This document shows positions 62,667-64,000 of a stretch of 64,000 nt of DNA, piece after piece; the stretch's first letter is position 1, and each line of letters begins with the position of its first letter. A model generated the notes under the pieces. It was not told the origin of the DNA and did not search any database. It saw only the letters and a list, made by a program, of their open reading frames with translations. Source of the stretch: Spirochaetales bacterium. GTDB lineage: Bacteria > Spirochaetota > Spirochaetia > DSM-27196 > SLST01. The stretch lies in NCBI GenBank assembly GCA_046538735.1, contig JBKHII010000014.1:291-64290 (forward strand), in the 5' to 3' direction. Made by a program: the position numbers and the translations under genes.

Positions 62667-64000
62667 ATGAGCGCACTCCTGCTGATACTCAACCTGATTG
62701 GCGGGTTGGGGATCTTCCTCGTCGGCATGCGATGGATGAGCGACGGAATCCATCGCCGCGCCGGGAATCGCCTCCGCTCGATCCTGCACCGACTCACGAG
62801 CAATCGCGTGGCCGGTGCGCTGACGGGACTCGGCGTCACCTCGCTCGTCCAGTCGTCGTCCGCGACTACGGTCCTCCTCGTGAGCCTGGTCAACGTGGGA
62901 CTCGTCACGCTGCGTCAATCGATCGGGGTCGTGATGGGCGCGAACGTGGGGACCACGCTCACCGCGTGGATCGTCTCGCTGGTCGGGTTCAAGGTAAGCA
63001 TCACCGACTTCGCCTTGCCCGCGATCGCCATCGCACTCCCGTTTCACTTCAGCAAGAACCAGTCGCGGCGCGAGTTCGCGGACATCCTGATCGGTTTCGG
63101 ACTGCTCTTCCTGGGACTTCACCTGATGAAGGAGTCGGTACCCGACATTCGGTCGAATCCCGAGATACTCTCCTTCCTCCAGTACTGGTCGGGGATGGGC
63201 TACGTCTCGGTCCTCATCTTCATCGTGGTCGGAACAGTGCTCACGGTCGTGGTCCAGTCGTCGTCCGCCGCGATGGCGATTACGATCACGATGGCATTCC
63301 AGGGGTGGATCAGCTTCCCGATCGCCGCGGCGATCGTCCTCGGGGAGAACATCGGGACCACGATCACCGCGTTCCTCGCGTCGCTCCCGATGAACGCGTC
63401 CGCGAAACGAACGGCGCGGGCTCACATGCTGTTCAACCTCTTCGGCGTGGCGTGGATGCTCGCGGTGTTTTTCCCCTTCGTACGACTCGTCGATCTCATC
63501 TTCCCCGGCTCGGCCTCCGATCCCGCGAACATCCCGCTTCACCTCTCGCTCTTTCACACGCTGTTCAACGTGGCGAACACCTTCATCCTGCTGCCGTTCG
63601 TGGACCTCATCGCGTTGATCGTGGAACGGATGGTTCCCGAGCGGAGGGAGGTCATCCACGGACCGTACCGGCTCAACCTCGTGCCCTCGAACATGCCGGA
63701 GGCGCTCGAGTCGAACCTCATCACGATTCGAAGGGAGCTCTGCCGGATGGCAGAGCGCGCCTCCACGATGCTGCGTTCCATCCTTGACGTCTCCCGAAAC
63801 CCCGCGACGCTCGAACGCGTGACTCCCGAGCTCGAGCTCGTGGAGCAGCGGGTGGACGAGATGCAGGAGGAGATCACACGCTTCCTGACCGAGTCGATGC
63901 GGCTGCAGGTCAGCGACGACCAGGCGCGATACATCCAAGCGACGCAGCGCATCGCGCACGAGCTCGAAGGCATCACGGACGCCTGCTTCAGCATTGGTCT
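62667..64000 (+). CDS. Na/Pi cotransporter family protein (NptA/YjbB-like), 3' end outside the window
   Basis: Not in the ORF track because it has no stop; I translated it from the ATG at 62667. MSALLLILNLIGGLGIFLVGMRWMSDG..., two LVQSSSATT/VVQSSSAAM repeats, and the beginning of a PhoU-like C-terminal region. Confidence 0.85.
   Translation, partial: MSALLLILNLIGGLGIFLVGMRWMSDGIHRRAGNRLRSILHRLTSNRVAGALTGLGVTSLVQSSSATTVLLVSLVNVGLVTLRQSIGVVMGANVGTTLTAWIVSLVGFKVSITDFALPAIAIALPFHFSKNQSRREFADILIGFGLLFLGLHLMKESVPDIRSNPEILSFLQYWSGMGYVSVLIFIVVGTVLTVVVQSSSAAMAITITMAFQGWISFPIAAAIVLGENIGTTITAFLASLPMNASAKRTARAHMLFNLFGVAWMLAVFFPFVRLVDLIFPGSASDPANIPLHLSLFHTLFNVANTFILLPFVDLIALIVERMVPERREVIHGPYRLNLVPSNMPEALESNLITIRRELCRMAERASTMLRSILDVSRNPATLERVTPELELVEQRVDEMQEEITRFLTESMRLQVSDDQARYIQATQRIAHELEGITDACFSIG

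Noticed and set aside
1-64000. CRISPR arrays, tRNA/rRNA genes, prophage or integrase genes, toxin-antitoxin pairs
   Set aside because: I saw no regularly spaced direct repeats, no cloverleaf-like or rRNA-like conserved stretches, and no integrase, recombinase or phage structural motifs in any frame. A computational scan (tRNAscan-SE, Infernal/Rfam, CRISPR finders) is still needed to exclude small RNAs.

Overview
GC-rich, gene-dense chromosomal segment with about 50 protein genes. It appears to come from a diderm, plant-polysaccharide-degrading bacterium. I recognised no rRNA, tRNA or CRISPR array. All calls come from reading motifs by eye in the supplied translations and DNA; no searches were run.

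Map, left to right:
- DinB-like protein and a PfkB sugar kinase.
- Minus-strand MFP-RND-OMF efflux operon (7445->1514).
- Minus-strand ten-gene operon (12540->7715): a PII-like protein and an EIIA(Ntr)-like protein lead an Mbh-type Mrp cation/proton antiporter module.
- Divergent 61-aa histone-fold gene (12676-12861).
- Redox/stress patch: phosphoribosyltransferase, a 3' remnant of osmC, a NOX-like ferric-reductase/FNR fusion, an MBL hydrolase, and a degenerate IS1-like gene.
- Acyl-CoA ligase, nitroreductase, SlyD.
- tamB->omp85 pair, then YihY.
- Translationally coupled flippase-like membrane protein and sulfotransferase.
- LacI regulator with a perfect 16-bp operator in front of an Opp/Dpp-type ABC importer, then a MocR regulator.
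- Lipoprotein, secreted lipase, AlgF-like protein.
- Four-gene partner-switching cassette with no sigma factor: membrane-GAF-PP2C, STAS, GHKL kinase, unknown 390-aa protein.
- Soluble LacI-core/GAF-like/HisKA_3 kinase and NarL-type regulator, next to a sugar ABC importer and a GH3 beta-glucosidase.
- Disrupted MCP, aldehyde dehydrogenase, class III nucleotidyl cyclase.
- Secreted GH5 cellulase with two CBM-like repeats, an intracellular GH10-like enzyme, and the 5' part of a Na/Pi cotransporter.

Best candidates for new biology:
- The sigma-less partner-switching cassette ending in an uncharacterised pseudo-GHKL protein.
- The PII-like/EIIA-led Mrp operon.
- The bacterial histone-fold gene.
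- The soluble sugar-binding histidine kinase.
- The cyclase with an Arg at the purine-specifying position.

Start/stop overlaps (ATGA, GTGA, TAATG) are pervasive, which supports the operon calls. A Spirochaetota-like origin is only a speculation from gene content.
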